Shown here in pieces: positions 9,770 through 22,419 of a DNA stretch of 38,753 bases. How positions within the stretch are numbered: position 1 is the first letter of the stretch; every line of letters starts with the position of its first letter. A model generated the notes under the pieces. That model made no database searches. It was not told the origin of the DNA and saw only the letters and a program-made list of their open reading frames with translations. Source of the DNA: Chiloscyllium plagiosum. Taxonomy: Eukaryota. The position numbers and the translations under genes were made by a program. The stretch covers positions 1 through 38,753 of the forward strand of contig NW_025214063.1 in NCBI RefSeq assembly GCF_004010195.1. The letters run 5' to 3'.

Positions 9770-11140
9770 ACTTGGACAATAAAAACTTCTACAAGTACAT
9801 AAAAAGCAAATATGAAGCTAAATAACATGTTTTTCCAAGAAACTTTTTCTTTGGGTTACAAAATGGCAATAATAACACCTATATTCAAGAAAGAAGGGTG
9901 TCTAAACAGGAAATTAAAAGCTGGTTAGTCTAACATCTCTCATTGAGAAGTTGCTGGAAACCAGTATTAAGATGTTTAGAAAATGATAATGCACAGGCAG
10001 AGAAATGTGGTTTTGAGTGAATGGAAATTGTGTTTGGAGAATTTGTTAGCTTTTTTTTAATATGTCATAAGCAAGGTGGATAAAGGGCAACCATAGATGT
10101 AGTGTATTTAGGTTTCCAAAAGGGATTCATTAAGGCACCATGTTATGAGGTTCTAGCACAAGACATTGTGGTGTTTTATTAGAATGGATAGAGAATTGGT
10201 TAGTTAGCTGTAAACAGTTAGTTAAATGTTCAGTTTTGAGGTTGATAAAGTGTAAAAACAAAATGCAGCGGGGATGAGTACTGGGGCCTTGATTATTTAC
10301 AATTTAGATTAGTTACTTGCATGAAGGAATTGACTATTGTAGTTATATTTACATGTTAGGTAGAAAAGAAAGTTGTAAAGAGAAGATAAGATGGGATTTA
10401 GGTTGAGTGGGTAGGCAAAAATATAGCAGATTAAATATAATGTTTGAAAATGAGGTTATCCACTTTAGCTGGAAGAATGGAAAAGCAGAATATTATTTAA
10501 ATGAAAGTAGACTGTAATGATACAGTGAAGATGGGTCTGGATATTCTTGTATCATTAAAGGTTGACATGTAGGTACAGCAAGTAGTTTGGAAAGCAAAGA
10601 GAATGTTGGCCTTTATTGCAAAGAACATTGAGTGTAAAAATAGAGAAGTCTTGCTACACATGTAGTACAGAGCAAGAGCATTGTGGGTGTACATACATCC
10701 CAAGGACTGCATTAATACAGGAAAGCAACTCACGTCCTCCACCTTGAGGGCAACTATGGATAGGCAACCAGTGGCACTCATATCCCATAAATTAATAAGA
10801 AAAATAAAGTTTATAGTCTCCTTACTTAAGAAAGGACACACCGGCTTTGGAAACGGTTGAGAGAGGGTCCACTAGGTTGATTGCTGAGAGAAAAAGTTTA
10901 TCTTTTAGAGATACTTTGAGAAGGATTCAGTAGAATGAGAGGTGATCTTATTGAAACATGTAAAAATTGTAAGGGAGCTAAGATATTGAGGGAATGTTTA
11001 CTCTAGAACTATGGGACTTGGTTTAAATGAATTCTTCTATTTAAGATAGAGATGAGGATTGTTAGGCTATGGAATTCTCTTCTAAAGAGAGCAGTGAAGT
11101 CTGTGCCATTGAATATCTTGAAGGCTGAGCTAGATTGATC
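9770..11140 (+). mobile_element. Decayed CR1 LINE ORF2/3' fragment with a short nested repeat (~10690-10800)
   Basis: Remnants of CR1 RT motifs: ataacacctatattcaagaaag (TP.FKK), gttagtctaacatct (VSLTS), gatgtagtgtatttaggtttccaaaag (DVVYL.FQK), agaatgagaggtgatcttattgaaac (RMRGDLIE). Confidence 0.75.
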
Positions 11141-11189
11141 TATAAAAACTTAAAGTTTGAACACCAGCAGGATGATGACCAACTGAGAT

Positions 11190-11324
11190 TACCATGAAGG
11201 ATACTCCTCAATCTTTCCCCCTCACTTGAGGCATGGTGACCCTCAGGTTAAGCCACCAACAGTCGTGCCACTCGAGTGAGAGGGCAACACTATGGTCCAA
11301 TAGGAATATAGTGACTTTTCCTTT
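11190..11324 (+). mobile_element. Short retroelement 3' tail fragment (family uncertain)
   Basis: ccctcacttgaggcatggtgaccctcaggttaagccacca..ctatggtc..gtgactttt resembles a recalled common shark LINE/SINE tail; separates two CR1 pieces. Confidence 0.35.
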
Positions 11325-11329
11325 CATGA

Positions 11330-11960
11330 TGGAAAATGTGAACTTGTTCACTTTGGCAAGTAGCATATAAGATGAGCATTTTACTAAAATGGTGTGTAGT
11401 TGCAGAACTGTGAAACAGAGAGATCTGGCTGTCTTGGTTCATGAATCACAAAGTTAATATGTAGGTACACCAAGTGAGTTGGAAGGCGATTAGATTATTG
11501 TCATTTATTGTAAAGGAAATGATGTATAAAAGGATGTGTTGCTACAGTTGTATAGGACATTAGTGAGACCACATCTGGAGAACTCTATGCATTTTTAGTC
11601 TCCTTAGCTTTTACAAGAGTTGCAGGAAAAAGTAAGAAAGACCTCTCTTATTCAGCAAGGAAAGATATAGATGAATTAGAAACAGTTCAGAGAAGGTTCA
11701 TTTAACCGATACCTGGGATACGGAGGGTTGGGCCTATATGCATTGCATTTAGAAGAATAAAAGGTGATCCTATGAGACATAAGAGACACTGAGATGTCTT
11801 GGCTGCATGTATGCTTAAAGGATATTTCCATTTGTGGAAAAGACATGAACTAGGGGATGTAGTTTAAAATTAAGGAGTCTATCATTTACGATGGAGATGA
11901 GAATTTCTTTTGAGGTCTTTGAAACACCCATCCTCAGAAAATAGTGGAGGCAGAGTCATT
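11330..11960 (+). mobile_element. Decayed CR1 LINE 3' fragment
   Basis: ttgtataggacattagtgagaccacatctggag (LYRTLVRPHLE), ttagaaacagttcagagaaggttc (LETVQRRF), followed by CR1 3' UTR-like sequence. Confidence 0.78.
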
Positions 11961-11965
11961 TGATT

Positions 11966-12205
11966 GTGTAGTCAGTGCTGTAATGTAAGAAACAATGTAG
12001 CCAATTTGCATTCAGCAAGTGTCCACAAATGATGTGATTTTGAAAAAATTGTTTGAAGAGTAAAAATTGGTTAATACATTTTGCTCTTCTTTGAAATAGC
12101 AACATGGGATACTTCACATTCACCCAGGCAAACATATAGCATCTCAATTTTATATCTCATCAAAGGGGTTTCTCAGATGATGCAACACTCTCTTCATACT
12201 ATGAT
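11966..12205 (-). mobile_element. DeuSINE-like (SacSINE-type) SINE remnant
   Basis: gtgtagtcagtgctgtaatgtaagaaac..gccaatttgc..tgctcttctttgaaatagc..atgggat..tctcatc resembles the reverse strand of the Deu-domain SINE body. Confidence 0.55.
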
Positions 12206-12739
12206 TTAGAGATGCCAGTGTTGAACTTCATTCTATATTAGAATGCCAGCCTATATACATTGTGTAATCAACTCTTTTCAATAGTTGATTCAAGCTGCTT
12301 TCCGAAAACTGTTAGAGTCCCCCGACCAATAATATTTGCAACGCATTAATCATGAATTTTAAGACTGAAATGTGTTAATAACCAATTTTATTTGTTAGTT
12401 TCACCTGAAACTGAAAAATAATATTTTGTACAAATAGTATTTGCCAACTAAACAATCGATTTACATTTATAATTATGATGTGGAAAATGTTGTGAGCCAG
12501 ATAAGTAAACAATAGCCAGAAAAGATAATAGAATTGAAAGTAGCAGATAGTTAGAGGTGATAGCTTAGATGAGGGAAAACTTTTCAAAAATTGTAACATA
12601 GTTGCAACATCCAATTAGTCAAACATCTAGGACTATCTCCAACCAGTGGTTGTCAACCTAATGTGAGAATTTAAACTGATTTTATGTGCTTTGCATCAAT
12701 GTTAACTTAGCCTCCAGTATCAGGTTCTACAGCATGTCA

Positions 12740-12915
12740 GCCTTGGCTCAATTCATAGAACGTTTGCTTCTGAATTACAAGGAATGGGTTCAAGTTCCAA
12801 CTCCAAAGCTTAAGCACAGGAAGCAAGGCTGGCATTTCAAAACAGGGCAGAGGGAGTGCTGTTGTCTTTTATGTGAGATGTTAAATTGAAGCTCGGTCTG
12901 GATGGATGTTAAAGG
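12740..12915 (+). mobile_element. DeuSINE-like SINE 5' part with decayed tRNA-derived head
   Basis: tggctca (A-box-like), gggttcaagttcc (B-box-like), then gagggagtgctg..gagatgttaaa..ggatgttaaag. Confidence 0.55.
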
Positions 12916-12969
12916 CAATCATTTGCTTTGGATCACCAAGTTATGTCACAGGAGGAGGTAATTTACTCG

Positions 12970-13970
12970 TCAAACTGATGCTAGCTCTCTGTAGAAGAAT
13001 CTAGTTAGTCCTATTTCTCCGCTCTATGCTTGTAGCCCTGCAAAATAACTTTTGAGTGCCTAATTTTCTTTTGAAATCATTGACTATCTCTGCTTCCACT
13101 GTCCACATACACAACTAGTTTCACTTGCTGTATAAAAGTGTCATTCCCTGCAGCTCTTATCAAAAACCTTAAAACTGCGTCCAATCATTCTTGTAGCATC
13201 ACTGGGAACAGCTTTTCTTTCTGTACTTTATCTAAAACGTTACAATCTAGTACACCTCCTTAAAACTCATCATTCACAATGCTTTGAGGAGAATAACCAA
13301 TTCTTCCAGTCTAAAACTCCTCTTGTAAATCTCTTTCACCCTCTGAGATATTGAAATCTTTCTGAAAGTGTGATAATCAGAACTCGATACAATTGTCTCT
13401 GTAGGCAAACCAGAGCTTTCTAATGGTTCTTCAAATCTTTGCACTCAATTGTGAAGTTCTGGTTCACAAAGCAAATGGGATTCTATCTGTGAATTTGTCC
13501 TGCCACATTCAAAGATCTGTGTACATGGATCCATAGATTCCTGTATCCAGACTCATGGTGTTGAATATTTCTATGAAATCTCATCGATATTTTCTTCTCT
13601 AAGAAGTACAGTCGTAATTTTGCAAATGTGTCCACATAACTGAGCTTTTTCATCCCTGGAGCATTTATTAATATTTTATGAACTCCTACTGTCTTAACAT
13701 ACTTCGTGAAGCATCATGCCCAGAACTGTACGTGATGCTTCGTTCAAGCAAACCTAGCATTCCAAAGAAATTTATACCGCCCCATTGCTTTTGTACTCCG
13801 TGTTTCTACTAATAAAACCCACGATGCTGTATACTTTCTTAACTGTTCTCTCACCATGTCTTGCCACCTTCAATGATTTACGTACATATGCACTCAGGTT
13901 ACTCTGCTCCGATAGCTGTTTAAAAATTGAACCTTTATTTAATCGTGTCTTCGCCTTGTCACTACCAAAA
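12970..13970 (-). mobile_element. Decayed CR1 LINE fragments
   Basis: Reverse-strand CR1-like motifs such as tgtcctgccacattcaaagatct, gcccagaactgtac, tcttgccaccttcaatgattt. Probably two pieces. Confidence 0.5.
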
Positions 13971-14085
13971 TAAATAGCCTAAATTCCAAGTCTCGTGAAT
14001 TCAACGTGTGTCTTCCTCTAATTAACGTTTAAATGGTACAAACAGTATAAATGCTACTCCGGCGAGGCGAAGCCTCATTGCTATG

Positions 14086-14153
14086 AAATGACGATTCTCC
14101 TACTCGGATGCTGCCTAACCTGTGCTTTTCCAGCACCGCACTCTCGACTCTGA
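14086..14153 (+). mobile_element. Short PLE-type 3' terminal fragment
   Basis: cgattctcctactcggatgctgcctaacctgtgcttttccagcaccgcactctcgactctga resembles the sequence that follows the hammerhead in a recalled abundant shark PLE family. Confidence 0.5.
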
Positions 14154-14169
14154 TCAGCTGAGTTGCATT

Positions 14170-14460
14170 CTGTCCGGAGTAGTAGGTGACGTAATCGTCG
14201 GCTAATCAAAGAGCAGCGCGGTGTTGGTTTACGTGACGTTCTAATAGCCCCGCCCCTAGCGTTCTGTTGACGCGATGACGTCACAGCCCGGTTACCCGGG
14301 GTGACGTCGGTTCCAAAACATCAAGGACGGCGGCTATGATTGGTCCGACGCCTGAGCCCGAGCGGCGGCCAATGAAGGCAGCAAGCTGGCGCGAGTTGCG
14401 GAGTGACGTTTTAAATATCCCAGCAAACTTTGTCCGATGTTGTCTTTGCCGTCGCCATTA
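14170..14460 (+). promoter_or_regulatory. ZRANB1 CpG-island promoter with clustered CRE/ATF sites
   Basis: TGACG at 14187, 14234, 14268, 14276 (full TGACGTCA), 14302 and 14404; GC box 14247-14256; ATTGG at 14339 and CCAAT at 14369; TATA-like tttaaata at 14410; YY1-like CGCCAT at 14453. Confidence 0.8.
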
Positions 14461-14946
14461 GAGTCGAACGGAGAAGCCTGAGAAAAGAAAGGGGGAAAAA
14501 AAAAATGTCATAAAGAGCAAGGGGGAAAAAGAAGTGAGATCGACTGGAACGGCGGTAGAGGAGAAGGTCTGTTTGTTGTATGCAGTCCCTCTAACACTAA
14601 TCGTAAACGAGATGGGGCAACGACGGCGGCGGTGGAATGGAGGTGCAGCCCCAGCGCAGCTGAATGTCAGGCCGGTGCCTGAGATCTGGATTTAGGTAAT
14701 TGCTGGTCGTCAGTCACGAAAAAAAGATACCGCAGCTCTAACCGTACTGTTGAATTTATTCTGCGCGAAGTGGCAAGGAAGGACACAGCCCGTCTCGGAT
14801 CAATACAAGTCCGCTCCTTTGGAAGTGTGAAGTTAGCGTTAAGACAAACCTGCCTCCTTTCTTTCAAGGCAATGTGATGGGGAAGTGCAGCTCTCTTGTC
14901 CTGTTGTGCAACCTTTGCTTTAACCCTAGCAAAACTTATTTATTAG
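14440..14946 (+). other. ZRANB1: Putative non-coding first exon of ZRANB1 (boundaries uncertain)
   Basis: Lies directly downstream of the promoter motifs. Candidate donors TAG|gtaatt (14695), TAG|gtaaag (14947) and CCG|gtatgg (15000). The coding exon has its own acceptor at 20166, so an upstream exon is expected. Confidence 0.45.
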
Positions 14947-17236
14947 GTAAAGGTGCACGTAGAGTTTTCAAAAGTTTAGCTGAAGTAGCTGCGAAGCCGG
15001 TATGGTGAAGTTTTGTTTTGGGGGGCGAAATGAGTCGGGTTTCTATTTCGTACGGTGCATGAAGAAAATTTAGTATTCTCTTAAATCTGGTTTAGAAGCT
15101 GAAGTTTGCTATTATTGTAGCAGCCTGGATGTTTTTTCAAACTAATCGTGGCTTTCTAAAGCTAAAACTGATGTTCCGGTACAAGAAATTATACGCACTG
15201 TACCTGACTTGGCATAACTTTCCCTTTTTCTGGGGTTCTGTTTCAATTGCATTTTATCCAGACCCAGTGCCACGTTTGTGACGCTTAATTTACCTCGAAT
15301 GAACAGCACTAATGTTTGCAAACAGAACTCTGTACAAACAAGAAATCAAACTGCATTTCGTCTTTATTGTTGAAATCCTTATTTTTATGGTGCAATCTCC
15401 ATGGCCAAAAAGTAAAACATTTCTAACTGTGTGATTTTGTAGCAGTTTTTTTTGTAACGTGGCCACCATTCCCTGTTTGAGTGCTATCTTTGTTGAGGCC
15501 TGTTTGTTGATTCTTGTTTACAGTTGCCGTCTATCATGAAATTTTTATTCAGAATTGGTGGGGGTTTAAGTAAATGTATAAATTTTTTTTTAACATGTTT
15601 AAATCATAATTTATCAATTTATTTTTGCTTTCCCAATTCTTCTCTAAATTCAGAGTTGCAGTTCAATTATTCCAGAATGACTATTTTATTTAAAAATTAC
15701 ATAATTCTGTTTTAAATTCTACATTCTCACATTGTGCTTTTCAATAATTTGAGTTTGGCAATAAACAAATATTTTAGTCACACAGTTCAGGTATAGACTG
15801 TTTGGGCACTTAGAACCTTCCTTTTGATGTTTACTACAATATTTTTAAAATCTTGACTAAACCAAGACATCCAGCTTGTGCCGCCACCAGATGTAATTTT
15901 ATTCTTGCTAAAGACTGCGACTGGTCCCTTCCTTCCACTCATTAATATATTCAGCTTCTTGCTAATACATGTGTTTGGTTCTGCTTTCTGAGAGCTTTGC
16001 TTTGATATCAAACTGTGAAGCTTGTACTTTCCTGGTAAAGTTAATTGCAAACTACTTAAAATATTGTTTAGTAATGAAGTGCCATGTTTTTAGTCTTCAA
16101 GGATTTCTGAAGTGAAAACTGTACAGAATAGTGTGGTACTGTTTTCTAGGTTTATAGTATTATTGATGATGTCCAGCTTAGTCAAAACATTTTGAACTTG
16201 TATGTTGTATCATAAAGTTCCATACACAAGGGCTGATTTGAATATTCCATAATGGATTCTGTGTACTTGGTGTTCTGTGCATTGTGATTAAATTGGATTA
16301 AAAGTTTCAGTGTGAGATTGAATTCTTTTTTGTTTAGGATAGTACTACTACTAATTTGGTTTAACTAGAGTAATGGCTGTTTATAGTTATCTTCCTTATG
16401 CCTAGACCATGAAAAGAAAAATGAACAACCTGAATCCTGCTGATCAGTATGTGACTGCTGGATATTGCATGTTTATGAATATGGGTGGAAATGAGATTGA
16501 ATTTTGCTATCTACCTTCATGGTTCCAAAATGATCAAATTTTTGGTTGTTATTTTTCCTTTGTGTTTGTGTTTGTTTTCCCCTGCGTATGTTTTCTTCGA
16601 CATGAGGTATTTTAAATCTTCCTCATTTTGAGCAATCTTACAAAATACAAGTTAAAATGTAATGTTGTCTAATGTACTATAAGTTAAATTTTGATTTAAG
16701 CTAGCTTGTAAAGAGACTTGCCAGTTCCAATAGTGCTTTGATAATCATGCAAGGTGTAATATTTAAGAAACATCACCAATATGTAACACTTTACAAATAG
16801 GGTTTCGAAACTACTTGTGGTATTTTGGTGAAGTAATTCTTTTCTGTAACAATAGTTGCTATTGCAGCATTAATTGGTTAAGTGTCTGAAAGATTTACTG
16901 TGTTAAAGCTCATTTTTGAGTTATTTTTGTCTGAGTTGTGGCCTACTTAAAGTAATGTCTTACCTGGTTGGTTAGTACTACCTCTAAAACAGTTGATGGA
17001 AAGCTGCTTGACAAAGCTAAAGCAGAAGTAAAGTTTCTTTGGAGGTAAATTTCTAACTTTGTAAATCTGTTTTAAATCAAGTGCATTGTAACAGCTTTCT
17101 TTCCCAAATGGAAGGAATTTTGTAAACATACAACTTGTTGCATTGTAGTTTGATAGAAATAGCTTTAGATTTCTCGGTTTTATGGGATTCAAAAGAAAAC
17201 ATAGTCTATAATTGTGTGATTTTTGAAATACATAAG

Positions 17237-17456
17237 TATGGGTTTCCTCCGGGTGCTCCGGTTTCCTCCCACAGTCCAAAGATGTACAGGGTCAGGTGAA
17301 TTGGCCATACTGAATTGCCCGTAGTGTTAGGTAAGGGGTAAATGTAGGGGTATGGGTGGGTTTCGCTTCGGCGGGTCGGTGTGGACTTGTTGGGCCGAAG
17401 GGCCTGTTTCCACACTGTAATCTAATCTAATCTAATCTAATCTAATCTAATCTAAT
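17237..17456 (+). mobile_element. 5'-truncated HE1/V-SINE-type SINE with (TAATC)n tail
   Basis: V-domain tgggtttcctccgggtgctccggtttcctcccacagtccaaagatgt, CR1-derived 3' end gttgggccgaagggcctgtttccacactgt, and about 8 TAATC units (17418-17456). Confidence 0.9.
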
Positions 17457-18374
17457 ATCTACAAATTACATTTTATTTCTTCTCTCAAATGATAAAACAG
17501 TGATCAGTTGAAAACACAGCTAGCAAGTATATCTGTCATGCACTACTTGCTACTTTCTTTAATTTATATAATCTATTTGAAAATGTATTTATTTTGATCA
17601 AAATGTACTTGTGAAGATATCAATGTTTTTTTGGGAAGTTGGAAGTTAAGTTGTTTTGCGTGGTCACTACGTGGGAGCTCAGTCAAAGTTTTCTCGACAG
17701 CACGCTAGGTTACATCAGATACCATGTTTACTGTAGTTTCCATATTGTGAGGAGCAACAGTGCTATTGTATGTACAATTGTAGAATGAGGGGAAACCTGA
17801 TTGTGAGAATATAGTATGAATGCAAACAAAGCAATAACATAAATGTTAATGAACATCTCTCAATACACTGAGATCTTAGTGTAAAGTGATATGCTGAAGC
17901 ATAGAACTCTCTGTATTGTGGGTTTATATAAATAGAAGTTGTCTCGTGTGATCTTAAAACATTTCTTAAAATAGGAAAGTTTCTAACACATTTGAGATTG
18001 TGAATTCACTATAGCTCTGTTCCTATATATAAAAATAGGATAGTTTTGGGTGCATACTTTTTTCCCAGAACTAGAGATGTCAGTTTTCCAATTTTGAAAG
18101 AGGGAGTCCAGTGATAAAACCTCGGCTACTCCACTCTTCAGAACAAAGTGATTTGCCAGATATTCTGTTTTGCCGCTTTACTCCTAAAATGTGCCGGTCA
18201 ACTAATTTCCGCTATTGTACGTTTTAATTGTCTGTCAGAATTTTTTAAAAATGGAGAATACCATAGACATTTATATGACAAGTGTATCTTTTTAAAATTC
18301 AGGTTCATGACCCCATTTCACCCAACTTATGAAGTGACCTCTGTTTACAGAGCACTTTTTAAGTATTGGTTGTG

Positions 18375-18568
18375 ATCTGCAATGGGCTTCTGGAAAGGAT
18401 AGTAAAAGCAGAGTTTAATTAATATTCAAAAGAGGATTATATGCATAATTCAAAGTACGGAGAGATCCTTTAGCCAAGGGGAAAAGAGGAGATGGAGTAA
18501 TTGGATAGCTCTTTGATAGAACTGGCACAGGTGCACAGCTGAATAACTTCCTTCCGTGCAGTATGATT
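18375..18568 (+). mobile_element. Decayed CR1 3' end
   Basis: gtaaaagcagag..aatattcaaaagagga..gagtaattggatagctctt..actggcacagg..cttccttccgtgcagtatgatt resembles a CR1 3' UTR. Confidence 0.5.
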
Positions 18569-18737
18569 ATTGATTATTTACTTGTTTTGGCCCTGGTGAA
18601 TGAGCAGCTCATAAAATGAGTGCAATAATTGAAACTGCTGTTCCGATCAACCATAGACTGATAGGAGGTCTCGAAATGTTGGACTTTCTTGGTTCTTCAT
18701 TTTAAATAGAAATTTTCCAGTTCTCTTTTTTTTTTCC

Positions 18738-19050
18738 AATTGTTCATTCTCAGGATGTGGGCATCAGTGGAACGGCTGGCATCTTCCCATCCCTAGTTGT
18801 CTTGAGAAGGTAGTAATGAACCTTCTTCTTAAACCGAGTGATGTTCTAGGCTATTTCAACAGGCAGTTAAGAATTGGTATGGAACTGGAATCCGTTATAG
18901 GCCAGACCAGGTAAGGTGGGCAGGGTTTCCTTCCCTCAGAGGGCATCAGTAAAGCTGTTGTGTTTTTAATGGCAATCCAAATAGCTTAATAGTCATTCTA
19001 CTTTTGTATTGATAACCAGATTTTTAAAAAGTGATTTTCAAATTCTCAAA
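18738..19050 (-). mobile_element. Old SINE remnant with LINE-derived tail
   Basis: ggatgtgggcatc..cccatccctagttgtcttgagaaggt and taggccagaccaggtaagg..tttccttccct match the reverse strand of a recalled common shark SINE; related tails near 23870 and 29380-29420. Confidence 0.5.
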
Positions 19051-20202
19051 CCAGCATTGGTTAAAATAATGTACGTAATTTATTTAATACAGAAGATTTA
19101 TGTAAATTGTGCAAAAGAATGCCATGTACATAAATTTGATATTTGTATCCAAGTAGCTTTTCTCTATGTATATGAGGTTTGTTTTCATAATTATTGCAGA
19201 AGTAAGCATAGATGTCCTGACTGATTCCGGACAAGTGTATTTTGTAATGGGTTCTCGAGTTGCTTTTCAAAGCTTGTATTGAAGAATGAAACATGATGGG
19301 TATAACCAAAGGCAACTTTTACCAGCGTGCATACAGTCTTAACTGTAGTCGTCGATATTTAGTATAGCATTGTGGAGAGGTTGCCTTTTTTGGTGAGGAT
19401 TTCACAAATGAGCAAATTATCATTTCTTTCTGGTAAACAAGTTACCAGTTTGAGATATCAAACATGTGCTGTGGCTACGCTGACTTGATACTAATTAATT
19501 TCCATCTTGATATGGAAATGAAATATATGGTGAAGTTGCACACTTATAGCTGTAGTACTGTCCTAACCCATTGGAAGAATAAGACAAAAGATTCCCCGAC
19601 TTAAGTCAGTTTCATTCTTTTCTCTCTTTAATTCCACACTATTGTAGGCAGATTTAATCCAGGTATCTTTGTGGGTTTTGATTCTGTCAACTTTCATTAA
19701 TCTTTAGATCATTTATGATAGGAAAGATTAAAAGCTACCTTAGTTAAATGGTGTATCCAGAAATTGTAAGTTTAATCCAAACTTCTATTCATGATGAATT
19801 CTTAAGGCATAAGGTTTCTGAAGACTTTTTGAAGATTATCTTCACCATTAGTACAGACTTACGTTAATTTTGTTCAGTGATAAATTTATATTTTAAATCA
19901 GTAATGTGTTCTCATAAATTGAGTTAGTTTGGTTGGAGCGGAGGTTGATAGCAGGAAGACTAAACTGTAGAGTTGTCTGGGCCTCAACAATATGTAGTGT
20001 TACCTGATAAACTCAAATACATTTTTACTGAAAGGGTGTTATCAACCAACATTTCGCACAAAGTAATGTAGAGACTTTTTACTGTGCTCTCATTCAGTAA
20101 ATTTGGGTGCCAAAATGGGTTTTAAGAGAATTGCCGTGTTTCATACTTGTTAATTTTATTTTGCAGATTCCAATCCAGCATTGAAAACTGGTGTGAGCAA
20201 CG

Positions 20203-21019
20203 ATGACTGAATATGGAATAAAGTGGGCTTGTGAATATTGCACATATGAAAACTGGCCCTCTGCAATCAAATGTACCATGTGTCGTGCGCCAAGACCTAC
20301 TGGCACTATAATTACTGAAGATCCAACCAGGGGCAGCTCAAGTGATTTGAATCAAGTGTGGGATACCCCAAGTATAGAGGGTGGCAGCAGCCCTTTGATT
20401 TGTCCAGACTCTAGTGCTAGACCAAGGGTTAAATCATCCTACAATTCAGAAAGTACAAGCAAGTGGTCATGCCACATGTGTACATATCTGAATTGGCCAA
20501 GAGCAATAAGATGCACTCAGTGTTTGTCCCAACGTCGGACTAGAAGTCCTACAGAATCCCCCCAGTCATCTGGTTGTATTTCAAGACCAGTTCAGGCTTC
20601 TCAGGATCCATGTGAAGAATATAATGACAGGAACAGACTGAATACAAAAGCATTGCATTGGACGTGCACAGCTTGCACATACGAGAACTGTCCCAAGTCT
20701 CGGAAGTGTGTAGTCTGTGACTACCCTAGACCTAACAATTTGGAAGCAATTGAATTTACAGAGCCAGAAGAAGCTTCATCATTGATAAATGAGCAGGATA
20801 GGGCTCGATGGAGGAGCAGTGTTGGTGGTGGCAATAGCCAAAGGAGATCTCCTCCTGTACCTAAACGTGAATCTGCGATGAAAATGGACTTTCAAAGAAT
20901 TGAGTTGGCACCTGGGGCAGTAGGCAGTAAAGAAGAGTTGGAAGTGGACTTCAAAAGACTCAAACAAATAAAGAACAGAATGAAAAGATCAGATTGGCTG
21001 TTTCTCAACGCTTGTGTTG
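20203..21019 (+). CDS. ZRANB1: ZRANB1 (TRABID deubiquitinase) first coding exon, three NZF/RanBP2-type zinc fingers
   Basis: MTEYGIKWACEYCTYENWPSAIKCTMC, WSCHMCTYLNWPRAIRCTQC, WTCTACTYENCPKSRKCVVC, ending KQIKNRM..DWLFLNACVG. Acceptor ttttattttgcag|20167, in-frame upstream TGA at 20182, donor GTT G|gtaggt (phase 1). Confidence 0.97.
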
Positions 21020-21409
21020 GTAGGTCATAATTAAAATTTTGTTTAATATTTTTGTAGTTTTCCAATAAATAAGCTATTCACAAATGAGTATCATGCACAA
21101 TTTTAAGAACATTGGGGAGAAATGTGAAGATATTACATTTATTCAATATCTGAAATTATCAGTGATTTGGTTTGTAACAGTCCTAATGGATATTTTGATC
21201 TGAATGTATCTTTTCTGCTATCCAGTTTGTGCGCAGTATTCAATAAATTATTACTACATTGGACTCTAGAATAGTAGAATTGTATCATCTTCAGCACCTG
21301 TTTTCACAAGCTTGTTTGGGAGAGAAAGAAAATGTGAGTAACTGAGTGCAAGGAATTCAGACATGAAGTGAATGAGATCAAAAGAAACGACTGGCAGTCA
21401 ACATAAAAG

Positions 21410-22200
21410 TCATGTATTGACACATAGGTAGCATGTGGATGGGTAATAAAACAAAATGCAGTCAATTTATGACCACAAAGGTAATTTGGGCATGGAGGAT
21501 AGGCTGGTCGGGAGTTTGAAATGATTGATATAGAGTCAGTATCAGAAAGATTTGCTGCACTGAACCTTAATTCACGAAGACTGGGTATTCAAGGATATAA
21601 TGAGAAGTAAGGATGCTAATAGTGGAGGAAATGGCCATTTTTTTTCATTTCTCCTTGGATACGGCAGTGGTGAAAAGGATACATGTGAATTATCAATGTT
21701 ACAGCCTTGTTCAAAATTGGATGGATGAACCCATTACCAACAGGCCAGTCACTTCTACCTCGATAATGGGAAACCTTTTAGGAATGACAATCATTTGGAC
21801 AAATATGGATTAGCTAAAGTGAGCCTGTTTGGGTGGTTTTGTAACTAGGGTAAATTATGTTTATCTAAATTGACTTGTTTGGCATAGATATTGATGTGAT
21901 GCCCATGAACTTTCAAAAGGTGTTTGGCCAGCCTGTTATGTGCCACTTCAGCAAAGTTGAAACCCATTGAATAAATAAAAGGACAGTGGCAGAATTGCGG
22001 TGGCTCACTGACAAGAAACAGCCATGTTCAGTGATTTACATTCCAAAAACCCAAAAGGCAATAATGCAGTTATTCAGGTTCAATGCTTCACCTGATCTAA
22101 TAATGACTTAGGCTTGATATATAGGATGCAGTTTCAAAATTTGCAGGTGACATAATGTGGAAGTATTGTGAACTGAGCAAGATCGTGCTGGAAGTGGCCC
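21410..22200 (+). mobile_element. Heavily decayed CR1 LINE
   Basis: caggccagtcacttctacctcgataatgggaaacctttta (like RPVSLTS..GKLL), atgaactttcaaaaggtgttt (like DFQKAF), tcaaaatttgcaggtgaca (like KFADD). Confidence 0.6.
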
Positions 22201-22419
22201 AATTTGTACAGTCACATCAGTGCATTTTTAATTATTTGAAATAGCAACCTGCTGTACTAAAATCTATTTCTAAAATAATTCAGTACCAAGTTTTGGCAAT
22301 CATGCAGGTTGAACAGATGCCGTACAAAATCCACCTGCTTCATTGCTGCCCTTCAGAGAAGAAATTTTGCTGCATCCACCTTGATCTGCTGCACACTCTC
22401 TAAGATTGACGTTTAATAC

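Noticed and set aside
17418..17456. (TAATC)n array as telomeric or CRISPR-like repeat
   Set aside because: Simple tail of the adjacent SINE; not TTAGGG and no spacers.
20167..20202. N-terminal extension of ZRANB1 from an upstream exon
   Set aside because: In-frame TGA at 20182-20184 precedes the ATG.
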